Below are positions 13,701 through 25,754 of a stretch of DNA of 64,000 nucleotides, in pieces; the first letter of the stretch is position 1, and each line of letters starts with the position of its first letter. Both the position numbers and the translations under genes were made by a program. This stretch comes from Leucoraja ocellata (taxonomy: Eukaryota), in the NCBI GenBank assembly GCA_036785375.1, contig JAWMAR010000039.1, positions 1,364,001 to 1,428,000 on the forward strand, read 5' to 3'. The notes under the pieces are model-generated. The model made no database searches and had not been told where the DNA came from. It saw only the letters and a program-made list of their open reading frames with translations.

Positions 13701-14174
13701 AAAAATAAACTTATTGCTGTTACAAAAAAAAAGTTTTATTTCTGAAAATCCTGCGGGGAAAAATAACTTTGTTTTTGTGTCTGAAACTCTCTAATCTCCT
13801 AACCCCCTTTCCCCCATTGACAGCATTGTCTCGATAACGTGATTATAGCGAACAACCTGTATACTCAATCAGGCTTTCACAGTATTTTCAACCTGACATA
13901 TTTCTCATAAGCTCTCTTTCCACTTCATCATACTTTTGATCTCTTTCATTATCCGTGAAACGCTGCCTTTGGTCACCCTGTCGTTCAGTGTTGTGGTGAT
14001 GTACCCGCCCCTCCTTGGGTGTTCACAGGTTTGAGAATGAGTGCCATTCCCACCGTGTTAACTGACAAGATAACGGGTGTGAGCAAAGAGCTGCTGGGGA
14101 GAAAAATTAAAGATTAGTTTTATTAAAAAAGTTAATTAAAAATTGTTGTGATGTATTGTTGTGATGTTGCGAGC

Positions 14175-14317
14175 TCTAGGGGCTAGTGGAATCAAGGGAT
14201 ATGGGGAGAAGGCAGGCACGGATTGATTGGGGACGATCAGCCATGATCACAATGAATGGCGGTGCTGGCTCGAAGGGCCGAATGGCCTCCTCCTGCACCT
14301 AGTTTCTATGTTTCCAT
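14175..14317 (+). mobile_element. CR1 3' tail
   Basis: gggatatggggagaaggcagg...gaagggccgaatggcctcctcctgcacctagtttctatgttt. Confidence 0.85.
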
Positions 14318-15496
14318 GTATTTGGGGTAAGTGAGTTGCAAAACAAAGCCGCGTGACAAAAGTTTAAAACCATTGTCAAGAGAGTTTTATTCTCATGTGT
14401 CCTAGTTAGGACAATGAAATTCTTACTTGCTGCAGCACAACAGAATATGTAAACGAAATACAAAACGGACGTATAATCCATTTCCAAATGCAACAACATC
14501 AATTTTGCACTAACAAAAACAGCGTTACCCACTGTTAAATAGATCATTTGTTGAACATGTGCTACCGTTGTTTCTGGCATTAAATGGTGGTGGGTTTTCT
14601 TTGCATTAGCAACGGTTGTGTTTCAAAAGAACAGTAATTGGATGAAGTGCTTTGAAGTGTTCCAACACAATGTGCTATTTAAGTGCACTTTAGAAAGAAA
14701 CATGCTTTCAAAGCTTGTTGTGTTGCAGTTCCGTGCATCTCTTTAGTTCAACCCGTGACTGGATGAGCAGTTAAAAATGTAATTGCTGTAAATCCTCCTC
14801 TTGATCTTCTCACGTGGGAGGGTGAGAACCGTGTACATCAAAACAGATGAATCCGTCTCATCTGAAAGGCTGAAAGGTCATTGATTCTCTGCACCCCGAC
14901 ATGCAGTCTCTCGTTGTTCAAAGTGGGGCCAGCTGGTGGTGTTGGGGGCATAGTTTAGTTGCTATGGTGTAGCTATTGGTTGCCATGGCATTTTGACGAT
15001 GTAATTGGTAATGCTGTACATCGTTTTAAGTTAATGAGGAGAGTAATTTATCTGTGTCTGATCCCTAAAGTGCCGTGTATCCTTGAGAGGCTGTCACTGA
15101 CTATTTTAAAGATGTCTGATTTTGTGGACATCGAAAGTTGTAAAACTAAAAGTCAAATTGGATCTCCAAAAATAGCCTGAGGATTGCAATCCAGTGCCAG
15201 TTCTTCCTCCTGAAGATCTGTGCAGCAGTGTGTGCATTAAATTGACATGTTGTCTGTTGGCAGTGGAAAATGGAATTGCCAGAAAGATCTTACCTTGATT
15301 GACCAGTTTCAAATCAACAGGTTCAGAGCCAACACCATTCTTTCAGGACATTGGACATCAAGTTTCAGTTTATTTCCAGGCTGGGTGTTGTCTTCACTTG
15401 TTGGGAGATGATGGGCAGAACCAGCGGGTAGCAGGGAGCGTGGAGATCCGGAGGGATAGGAATTGGCGAGAGGAGGAGTCAGCTCGTGGTTTGACC

Positions 15497-15645
15497 CAAA
15501 ATGCTGGAGTAACTCAGCGGGACAAGCAGCATCTCTGGAGAGAAGGAATGGGTGACGTTTCTGGCCGAGAATCTCGGCCAGAAACGTCGCCCATTCCTTC
15601 TCTCCAGAGATGCTGCTTGTCCCGCTGAGTCACTCCAGCGTTTTG
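15497..15645. mobile_element. Near-perfect 74-bp-arm hairpin of the Penelope-derived repeat
   Basis: Arms 15497-15570 and 15572-15645 are complementary at 71/74 positions with a 1-nt loop at 15571. Confidence 0.9.
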
Positions 15646-16239
15646 TGCCTAACTTCGGTGTAAACCAGGATCTGCTGATCTGAAGAAACCAGTTCCTCCC
15701 TCCACGATCAGCTCCTATTTACACATCTCAACACGCCTCGTCATCGGGGCAACTCCTCGACTTTTCCAAAAAGTCAGGAGTCGCCAAGGAAGGAATACCG
15801 TGTCAAATTCAGGTGAAAGGGGAGGATTAGCCGCACAAGTCAACCTTGAAAACCCAACCTAGACCTGCTGGAGCACTTCAGAATCTGGTCCCCCCACACC
15901 CCTGAGTACTGCCTGAGTGTGCAGCAGTGTTAGACCCATGGCAAGAGATTAAATGCTGCATTCTTGAGCATGCTACCACCTTCACACGTCTACCACAGAA
16001 GGAAGAGTTCTGAAAGGACAGAATCACGCTTGAAGCTCATAATTTGTCATTGTCTCAAGTCCGTGGAAAATCTTTGATTTTTTGATGTTTCCATATTTTG
16101 TTTAGTCCAGAGCTTTAATTTCTATTGTAGTTTCACCTATTAGCAGAAAGAACATTACCTGTGGAATCACTGAGGGTATTTAAATAAGGGGAGGATTCAG
16201 TGGAACTTCCCTGCATCAACTGCAGCCTCAGCTCATGGA

Positions 16240-16560
16240 GTCATAGAGTGATGCAGCGTGGAAACGGGTCCTTCGGCCCAGCTGCCAACATGTTCCAGCT
16301 ACACTGGCCTGCGTTTGGTTCATATCCCTCCAAAGCCTGTCCTATCCATGTACCTGTTCAAATGTTTCTTAAACGTTGGGATAGTTCCAGCCTCAGCCAC
16401 CTCCTCTGGCAGCTTGTTCCATCCATCCACCCACCACCCTTTGTGTGAAAAGGTTATCCCTCAGATTCCTATTAAATCTTTTCCCCTTCACCTTAAACCT
16501 ATGCCCTCTGGTCCTCAATTCACCTACTCTGGGCAAGAGACTATGTGCATCTACCCGTCA
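16240..16560 (-). mobile_element. CR1/HER1 3' end
   Basis: Same family as 1730-2266 (aaacgttgggatag...ggcagcttgttcc...cccttcaccttaaacctatgccctctggtc). Confidence 0.9.
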
Positions 16561-16721
16561 CTCATGGACCGTAAAGTTTGCGTGTGATGTCAAGATGAAC
16601 AGAAATTGATGAATAGACCCGGGAATGTCCATGGGACCAAACCCAGTAAGAACTGACCCATGGGAATAGAAACATCGTTGTTTTGAATGAGAGCACTGAC
16701 GATTTTTTTTTTCTGTTACAG

Positions 16722-17006
16722 AGCTCGGTCTTTGAAGAGAGCTTAATGCGGAGAATCTCTGGCAGCAGCAGTGTGCACACTCTCAGCAAGGCTGCCTTCA
16801 TCGAGAAGGTGCGGGAGAGCAACGCGGCGTGTCAGAGCGGAGACTTCACCACTGGCCTGCAGCTCTACACTGAGGCCATAGCCGCCGACCCCCAGAACTG
16901 CATTCTGTACAGCAACCGGTCGGCCGTGCTGGTGAAAGTGAACGAGTACGAGAGAGCACTGGATGATGCTGTCAAAGCACGACTCCTGAACCCCAAATGG
17001 TCAAAG
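16722..17006 (+). CDS. TTC28: TTC28 (tetratricopeptide repeat protein 28) internal coding exon, equivalent to human exon 2; 95 codons, phase 0-0
   Basis: Translation SSVFEESLMRRISGSSSVHTLSKAAFIEKVRESNAACQSGDFTTGLQLYTEAIAADPQNCILYSNRSAVLVKVNEYERALDDAVKARLLNPKWSK matches my recollection of human TTC28 (LSKAEFVEKVRQSNQAC...DPQNCILYSNRSAA...ALDDAIKARLLNPKWPK). Acceptor: T-rich tract plus ttacag ending 16721. Donor: aag|gtaggt starting 17007. Confidence 0.95.
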
Positions 17007-17961
17007 GTAGGTCTGTCTCCTCCAGCTCTCCAGTCCACGGGTGGCTTCTGCTGGCTGTCTCTGGCTCGCCAGTCCTCTCACACCAAACCTGGCATCTGAA
17101 TTTCACTCCAGTAACCACATTCAGTCAAGACTCTGACGAATGACTGAACATGGTTACTGGAGCTTGTGGCATGACACACATCTCCAGTTCTGCAGCGGCA
17201 GCGACCAGGAGCACCACAGTGCACGGTGGGATATTGTTAATGCTGAATGCAGTTAGGAAACGTGGCCTGTACATGAGTGATCGGCACAGGTGTCGGGTCA
17301 GGAGAACAGTGAGAACTACAGCTGTGCTTGAGCTACTCATGACTAACATGGTGAAGTCCTCACCTTACAGTCGCTGTGATCCTTCATGGGGGAAACATAT
17401 TGGGAGCACCCATGAGTTAAGTGTCCGTGGGGTGAATTTTCCCAGTTGGTTGAAGAGCTCCATGATAATGAACTTATCATTGGGACTTTGGGCCCGGGCA
17501 CACTTCCTGTTACACTGCAGCCTCTCAGATATCACGGCTGCGGGGAACTATAACATGACAGCAATGGGGATAGAGGGGACACGTGGGTTCCTGACGGCTG
17601 TACGAAGGTACTGACTCTCCCCCACTGGATAAGAATTGGATGTCAATGATGTATTTACTGCCAAATGAACTCTCTGTCTCACATCTGTTCATACAGTGGA
17701 ATTTCTTAATGTTTTAACAATATTTATTTATCATCTCTGACAGTTTCTGGGTATTCAAATACAAAATGTTCACCTGCATATTCCGTCCCAGCACTGTTAA
17801 TGTGTGATATTTGTGCAGGTCCACAGTTTTAGGTGTATTGTTTGCGTGTACACTGAGATTTGGCAGTGAAGTGGTCTGACAGGTCGGTGTGTGGAACAGC
17901 AGAGGGTCCAGTTAGGGGAAGCTCTGGATATTCACGTGCACAAAATGAACGCTGGGTCATT

Positions 17962-18250
17962 GAATCATACGTTCACACAGTGCAGAAATAGGCCCTTCGG
18001 CCATCTACGTATGCGCTGCCCATCAGCCACCTACAACGTTTCAATTCTCCTCACCTTTCCACCAACCCGCTCCAGATTTTACCACGCACTTGGGGTGATT
18101 TGCAGTGGGCAGTTTATGTGCCAACCAGCATATCTATGGTGGAAGCCCACCTGGTGAGAGGGAGAAAGTGCAAGCTCCGCGCAGGCAGCACCGGAGAGCA
18201 GAATTGAACCCAGGTCGCTGGAGACGTGAGGCATCTCCTTGTTGTTCCAC
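17962..18250 (-). mobile_element. HE1/V-SINE, degenerate
   Basis: CR1-type tail (ggcccttcggcc) at left; gaattgaacccaggtcgctgg tRNA-derived B-box region at right. Confidence 0.6.
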
Positions 18251-18440
18251 CCATACACAGGAGCCTATGCTCGTGTCTAGTCCAGCAAAAGAACCCTGAG
18301 TGTCTCATGCCAGCGTGGGCCTCAGCTTCAGAACAAGATACAGGATGTCACAAGGATACAAGTTGAGTTGTTGCTGCTCAACACCCGTGTGTATTGTCCT
18401 TCTCCTGTCTCGAAAATTCAGGCAAGTATAATTCCACAGC

Positions 18441-18636
18441 AAATCACAAAGTACTGGAGGGTCTCGACCCGAAACGCCACTCATTCCTTCTCTCCAGAAA
18501 TGCTACCTGTCCCTGCTGTGTTACTCCAGCATTTTGTGTCTATCCTAAGAGCTGGAGAACCTCAGTGGGTCAGGCAGCATAGGTGGAGGGAATGTACAGA
18601 CCATGTTTCAGGTTGGAACTCTTCTTCAGACTGAAG
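18441..18636. mobile_element. Penelope-derived repeat (+, 18459-18546) nested inside an older minus-strand copy
   Basis: Host cacaaagtactgga|gaacctcagtgggtcaggcagc is split by gggtctcgacccgaaacgcc...gtctatcct; imperfect TSD aagtactgga/aagagctgga. Confidence 0.7.
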
Positions 18637-19849
18637 TGTAATTCCATGGCTGCCTTGCTGAGGATGATGATACTTTGGACAGATTATGTTGGGATGCTGG
18701 GACGTTCACGAGGCACCAGGAAAGAGTAAAACTCTGCACACGGTGTGGGGGAGCCGACAAAGTCAGAAACTTGTGTCAAAGGGTTTGACTTCGGAGGGAG
18801 GCGGAGAAAAACATGGACTCTGTATTATTCAAAGGTAATGACTTGAAAGGGATTTTAACCTTGAAAGCTGTGGAATAGATTAAGTCTCAAAATTGGTTCT
18901 AATTAACATGCTGCTCTCAGGGCCCAAGCATGTATCAGGAAACACTTACTATTCTGAAACATCACCAGCACTGGGAGTAATTTCAGATAGTTGGATATAA
19001 CCGCAAAGCTGCGAGCTGTGAGGGTGGATATCAAGGTTTCTGTGGAAGGCTATGATAGGTATGGGCGGCAACCATTTAATTGTCTTTCGAACTTTCATGC
19101 TCCAAGTATGGAATATTTAGCTTTTCTGATCAATAACAGTACAGCTATGACTGTTCAGACTGTCCTAGGATTACTGTAAGTTGTCATATGCAACCCATTA
19201 GTATCCATTGTAGTTCCCATACTGATTGCCAATTCTTGGGCGTTCTGCCATCAACCTGAAATCAACACATTTACCCTTTTATTTATGTCCTCGTTTCCAG
19301 ATTTCCTCGCAAGAATGTGTTTAAGCTGAGAACAGTGCTGCCAAGTGTTCAGAACAACACATTACTTCACGAGCCAATTACTTTTTCTGTGATCGTTTAG
19401 CTAGGCTAAATCTCCAGCCATGTGTTGAAAGTTACAGTCCCTTTTGTGGACTGTTTCATCTGCGTCCTTCCCCTGCTTCCGTTTTGTTGTTCTATTGTAT
19501 TTTCGGATGTTACTCCATTCCAGTATATTTGAGAATCTCAGAGTTTGTCATGTTGGGCTTCACTCTGATGAAGGTATCAACCTGGGCAAATTCTGTCGCA
19601 GTCATTACTACCATGTCTTTTTTTTTTTGATCTTCAATATCTGATCAACCTTTTCATCCTGCCCCTGGGTGTGCTATGTGCTTGTATTTGCCTGTTGTGT
19701 CTGATGCCCTTGGGTCACGTTGCTGGAACCTTGTCATCAGTCTTGGATGCCGGATGCTGCATGCACGGATGAAGGTCGGTTTCAACAGCGACACAACTCG
19801 CAGCTCAGTATTACGTTTCATCTGTCCTTACTGCCACTATTCTTCTGAA

Positions 19850-20175
19850 CAGTGGGGAGGATGTTTCCACTCGCGGGAAAGTCTAGACCTAGAGGTCATA
19901 GCCTCAGAATTAAAGGACGTTCCTTTAGGAAGGAGATGAGGAGAAATTTCTTCAGTCAAAGGGTGATGAATGTGTGTAATTCTTTGGCACAGAAGGCTGT
20001 GGGGGCCAAGTCAGTGGATATTTTTAAGACAGATAGATTCTTGATTAGTACAGGTGTCGGAGGTTATGGGGAGAAGGCAGGAGAATGGGGTTAGGAGGGA
20101 GAGATAGATCAGCCATAATTGAATGGCATAGACTAGATGGGCCAATAGGGCTAATTCTACTTATTCCTTATGACA
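19850..20175 (+). mobile_element. CR1 LINE 3' end
   Basis: ORF MFPLAGKSRPRGHSLRIKGRSFRKEMRRNFFSQRVMNVCNSL plus tail. Confidence 0.9.
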
Positions 20176-20221
20176 TCTTACTGCTTTTCACCAATGTTCA
20201 TTATTTTAGACCTGTACAGCC

Positions 20222-20415
20222 AGGTAGGTTAGAGGCAGGTACTATTGCAATGTTTAAGAAACATTTAGACATGTATATGGATAGGATAGATTTAGAGGGT
20301 TATGGGCTAAACACAGACGGGTGGGACTATTGTAGGTGGGACATATTAGTCGGCATGGGCATGTTGGGCCAAAGGACTTGTTTCCACACTGTATGACTCT
20401 ACACTATGACTCTAC
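20222..20415 (+). mobile_element. CR1/HER1 3' tail
   Basis: EAGTIAMFKKHLDMYMDR followed by a tail ending in (tatgactc)-like repeats. Confidence 0.85.
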
Positions 20416-21411
20416 AGCCCAATATTCCATTGTAATGCATCAATTGAAATCTGTCATGATCCTGAATACTGTACGAGTTTTTGCCATGACAGTCTCCCAC
20501 TTGCCAGTATGAGTCCAGCACCGCTTCAGAGACATTTTCTGGAAGGAGCAGCATCCCCTCGTTGGGATGATTTATCTGGGTAATTTTCTGCAGTACGTCA
20601 TTCCATGCGTACACTATGAAAGTGAAATTTCCAGACTTGCTGACACATGCATCGAACTAGGAGAAGCGACCCTGGCAGATGCCATCTCAGTGTCCAGTGC
20701 GAAGAAATGACTTCATGGGAAACCTCACTGACTGATATGAATGCGACAGCGTTGATTGTGGATGAACTGAATAAAATATTGATGCAGTTGCTTTTCTATA
20801 ACACCCACACACTACTTAAAAAAAATCCTCAGTAATTTTGCAGTTCATTGGCAGCTTAGTATGAAGGTATGAATATTGTGCAGAGGGGGAGAAGGCTGTC
20901 CTCTTTGATGGCCACTAATCTGTCATCTGACTGGGGGAGCAGAGATGATTGAATGGCACTGACCTTGACAAGAAATATCTATCACTCACTGCAAGGCTGT
21001 CGGAAGTTGACAGGTCTAACCTTGGAGGCAGAGTTGTGCTGGACTGCTCGTCTATGCTGTCATTTGATGTGGAGATACAGATTCAAATCCTTTTGGTGTA
21101 TTAAACAAGAACATACTTGTGTTTGTCTGATACCATCTTAGATTGTAAAGCGTCTGGGAAGCACTGCCTGGAGCAGATTACTTAAGGGGTACAGCCATTG
21201 TTCTTACATTTGAGACATGGTCCTGTCGCTCACTTCCAAGCCTGTGTCGGGTTTAATTTCCTGCTTGCACCAGCGCTGGGATTCAATCCGCCCTCAGAGT
21301 GGATTGAAGTTTCCATCCAGGATGCTTGATGAATAAGTGTCTCCCTTTCATTACTCCAGAGGTTTGTAACAATTGCACACAAGGACTTTAGAAAATTGTT
21401 CATCATTACAT

Positions 21412-21790
21412 TTCGAAAGACGCAAAAGGCTGGAGTAACTCAGCAGGACAGGCAGCATCTCTGGAGAGAAGGAATGGGTGACGTTTCGGTTCAAGACCCT
21501 TCTTCAGAACCATGAAGAAGGGTTTTGGCCCGAAACGCCACTTATTTCCTTCGCTCCATAGATGCTGCTGCACCCGCTGATTTTCTCCAGCATTTTTGTG
21601 TACCTTCGATCTTCCAGCATCTGCAGTTCCTTCTTGAACACCTTCTTCAGAACCCTTCTGAATAAGAGTCTCGACTCGAAACGTCACCCATTCCTTCTCT
21701 CGAAAGATGCTGCCTGTCCTGCTGAGTTACTCCAGCTTTTTGCGTCTATCTTCGGTTTAAACTAGCATCTGCAGTTCCTTCCTACACACA
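21412..21790. mobile_element. Penelope-derived fold-back element with a second subfamily copy (21512-21640) inserted in its centre
   Basis: Inverted arms 21412-21511 and 21655-21790; the insert is flanked by 14-bp direct repeat ccttcttcagaacc (21498-21511 and 21641-21654). Confidence 0.9.
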
Positions 21791-22679
21791 TGTTTAAACA
21801 TCTGCAGCCTCCACAGCACGATAACTCCCTGCAACGCTGCGGCTCTGAGGCTGCTGATGCCCTCTGCTGGAAAACTCTGCCTTTGCACCTACATTTTGTG
21901 ATCATTATGTCCTTCTGAGCATCTTATCTCCTCACTCGTGAAATGAATGACAGTACAAATTGACCTCTGGAGCTGGGGCACGCATTGGCAACGTAAATCA
22001 ACCCGTTTGTTAATAGTGCATGTGTAGTTTTAAAACTTCCAAAACAACTAGAGTGAGAAGAAGCAGACCGCTCTGCAGGCAAGAGGGCTGGCCAGGATCG
22101 GGAGGGGCCTTATTAGGAGCACACAGGGTTTGTATTTGAGGTGTACACTTCTGCTTTCAGACACACTACCTAATTAATTGTACTTTAGCTCACAGAGAAA
22201 AAACACACAATTGTAAGGAATGAAATATCTTTAATTGAGGAGCAGGAACCTATAGCAGCTGGAATTTGAAGTGGAGACAAATAAGGTTGAATGCCAATGA
22301 AGGGGGAAACAGGAGAAGTTGTTCAGGATAATGGTCTTTTATCAGAACTTCCTTTAATGCCTTTATCTTCAGCTGACATTTTGTGGAACAGGTATATGTT
22401 CTCTTTTTTGCTTCCATTCACTCTTCATTCTGCTAACCTGACACCAATCGACGATGCCTGCAACAAGCAGTATCTGACAGAGGGAGAATCGTGGGGTACA
22501 TTGTTATCTTCATCCAAGGTGGTCCGAGTCATGTGAACCTCGTCAACTGCCACTGGAGTAGGGAACTGGGAATTTTATTCTGCTTGCCATTGCTTTGAAA
22601 AGAACACTAAAGTACTCCATTGGCTACCGGCAGTTCCCCTGACCTGGAAATGCATCACTGTTCCTTCACAGCCGGGTAT

Positions 22680-22860
22680 CTACAGTGAAAAGCTCATTCT
22701 GCACGCTACCCAGTGAAATCATACTGTACGTGAGTACAATAGATCCTCTTCTGGAGCAGCAAGCAGAGAGATGCCACGTTCCGGTACCATCTTGCAACTT
22801 ACAAGTCTCTGCAAAGTCTGATCTTGTCCCAAGGAGGTATGCAATTTCTTGTATGTTTTC
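22680..22860 (-). mobile_element. Dispersed non-autonomous LINE-tail element, homologous to 35897-36075
   Basis: acagtgaaaag...aatagatcctctt...gccacgttc...ccatcttgcaactt...caagtctctg...gatcttgtc shared by both loci. Confidence 0.75.
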
Positions 22861-24489
22861 ACTGTAAGGCCTCTGCAGCACTGCAATGTACATACTGGTA
22901 TGGAGATACCAGATGCAAAGTTTGGTGGCCAGGTCTTCTTTATTTTTCTTCTGTTTTCTCCTGATCATGATGTGTTTTGGCCTGAAAATATAAAATCTAG
23001 ACTATGAATGGAGATTTGTGGATGGCCCTGGTGTATGTGCACACTGTCATCGACATCAGCTTCCCATTATGTCTGGCTATCTGAACGAGGAATGTTGTTA
23101 GCCAGACCATACTGTATAGACTGATATTATAATGGTTTATTTACAATTGAAACTTAAGAACTAAGCATTGTAGGACAGCACAGAGGGCAGCATTGTTAGA
23201 GCCCATCACAATGTCAGTGTGTTTTGTTATCTGAAGGAAAAAGTGGTCAATCTTCAGGGTCCTGTTATGTTTTGTTCTCATGCCCTTTTGCATCAAATTC
23301 AAATGTTCCAAAGCTTTCAACAATCCTTCTCCACTGCCCTCCAGCTCAGAAAGCAAACTTTACTTTGAAGTTCGACTGCTAATCTATCGTGAATCAAGAC
23401 AATGTTACTGTTTTAGCATGTGGTAAAGTGCAGGCTGCTTGTGGGCTGTCCGAGGCTGATGCACAACATTACATGTGCTCTCTGCACATATTAAGGTCAT
23501 GATGAAAGTCAGCCATGTGGGGTGAAGAGGTTCCAATGTGTTTACTCGCTCTAATACTTCACAAACCCTTGTATTTACTGGGCACTGTTCTCACTCACAC
23601 ATACCTTCACACGAGGAATCGTTAGGCAGAAGAGCCTCCTTGAACCTGGAGTTAAAAATTGGAAGAGAATATTTTTAATTTTATTCTAATTTTACCATTG
23701 CATGCGAAAGAAAAATAATGCATTTCATGACATCTCTACTGCTGTCTCAGTGGAACCACTGATTCCACCCACACACATTTTCTTGTCGTGTCTGTCTTGC
23801 ATAAAAACACATGGAAATGGTTAAGGCAGAAATTAAATGTTGATAAGCAGCATGTTGTTCTCTGAGCAAAAAAACTAAATTCAACATGAATATAGATTTT
23901 TGGCACGATAGAACAGAGACAGATGCTGATTCAACACCAACCCAGGACCAAGAACTGGTTAAACACCCGGCTGTGGCCAGAGGCGGGAGGGTTTGAAGTG
24001 AGAGGGGTGGGGAGCCATCCAGCCCGAAGGAGAGGGCAAGTTGTGCAGTGGGGGATAGGTGACAGCCGTGTGGGTCCAGGGTAGTTCCTTGTGACAGCTC
24101 GTGCTGAGAAGTTACACTACTGCCTTGGAAGAGGAGCTGTCACCAAGCATTGTAATTGAAACAGTAATACAGTATTGTATAATGCCAAAGCTTTTGCTAC
24201 TTATTTTCAATTTGCTTTGAAAGGAACATTCCCAGTCAACTGTTGCACCAGTGTTTGCACTGGGTAAGGTCACCAAAATGAGTTTTAGAATCTCCAACAT
24301 GTGAGAATTGGTTTTAAAGTGTTAGCATCTTGAACTTCTTACTCCCAATCTGTGCACTGTAGGAGGTCAGACCACTGAAAGTAGATTATTTCCAGTCTGT
24401 GCTGGCCAGAGCGTGAGTGGGTTTTAGTACTTCTGACGAAGCCTAGTGCAGAATGAAAATAAATACCAGGTTTATGAATGAATCTGATT

Positions 24490-24632
24490 AACGGAAGTGT
24501 TCCGGTTCTTCCCCAACCGAGCCAATGTATCCATGTTGCTAGCTACATCCTCAAAGGAAAGGCCAGTGGATTTTTCAGGCATGATTTCCTTTTGTAAATC
24601 CAGGCCGACTTGCCCGATCCTGTCACTGCTTC
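24490..24632 (-). mobile_element. CR1 RT fragment, degenerate
   Basis: The reverse complement resembles SQHGFTKGKSCLTNL..FEDV. Confidence 0.6.
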
Positions 24633-24635
24633 CAT

Positions 24636-25056
24636 AATAATAATAACAATAATAATAAACTTTATTTTGGGCTCAAGGGACAACATTGCGTAAAATTGCA
24701 TTGCATATTAAAAACATCATAAAGCACATATACAATCTTAGTATATCACTTATAAAAGCATCATAAATGATATATATTAAAAAAAAACCACACAATACAT
24801 GAATTAAAATCCAGAATAAAAAGAATGATTAATGTCCTACAACGAGACAACGATACCAGTGTCTCCACAACTGGGATTCGTAGCGTGTAGTGCTAAACCT
24901 TATGTTTTACAAGGCCACAATAATTACATTTTTAGAGTCATTTATCTGCTGTAGCATCCTTTGTACGGGGCAGCCAGGATGGGTCATATCCCGGACCACA
25001 GCCTGGCAGGGAGTCTGGTGGGGACGGAATTGCTGCCGTGGGAGTGCTAGCCCACC
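24636..25056 (-). mobile_element. Non-LTR retrotransposon 3' end with (ATT)n tail; clade uncertain
   Basis: (aat)n plus aataaac at the left end; minus reading INDSKNVIIVAL*NIRFSTTRYESQLWRHWYRCLVVGH* resembles a LINE ORF2 C-terminus; runs into the assembly gap. Confidence 0.55.
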
Positions 25057-25259
25057 NNNNNNNNNNNNNNNNNNNNNNNNNNNNNNNNNNNNNNNNNNNN
25101 NNNNNNNNNNNNNNNNNNNNNNNNNNNNNNNNNNNNNNNNNNNNNNNNNNNNNNNNNNNNNNNNNNNNNNNNNNNNNNNNNNNNNNNNNNNNNNNNNNNN
25201 NNNNNNNNNNNNNNNNNNNNNNNNNNNNNNNNNNNNNNNNNNNNNNNNNNNNNNNNNNN
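25057..25259. other. Assembly gap (203 N)
   Basis: Run of N. Confidence 1.
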
Positions 25260-25754
25260 TTTTCCTCCTTATTCCTGTGGCTCCAGTGATGTTTGTACAC
25301 TGTGACACAGCCCTTTGCGTTTGAGGCAACTCTGCAGAAGTTGTGCAGCTGGATATGAACAAAACTGGAAGCAGATGGATCCCTGCTGTCTGGAGTCTAG
25401 CTGCCTTGTAGGTGGCTGGCTCCGTCTACCCCAAACTCACAGCCAGGAGAGGGAGAGGCTGAGATCCAGTCGGCCTGCAGTAATATGAACCCTAACTGTA
25501 TAGTGGAGGACGGGCCAGTAACTAACACAAGTTCAGTGTGCAAGCTTGAATATTCGTCACCGGCAAATCATTGGAATTAATATCATGTCCTCTCCTAATA
25601 GGACAGTAGTTTGTGTAGAGCTGTGTCCTCGGTGCTGGTTTATAACTGTGCAGCTGGATCAACTCAACTGTGGATATTTACTTTACTACTAATAACTTCC
25701 ATCTATTTTACAGTAAACTTGCATCCTCCGCACTCTGACTGCACATCTTGTGTA

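Noticed and set aside
16683-17099. 138-aa ORF as a stand-alone gene
   Set aside because: Only 16722-17006 is TTC28-like; the flanks are splice-site and intron read-through.
17150-17614. 154-aa ORF downstream of the TTC28 exon
   Set aside because: No similarity to TTC28 or to any family I recognise.
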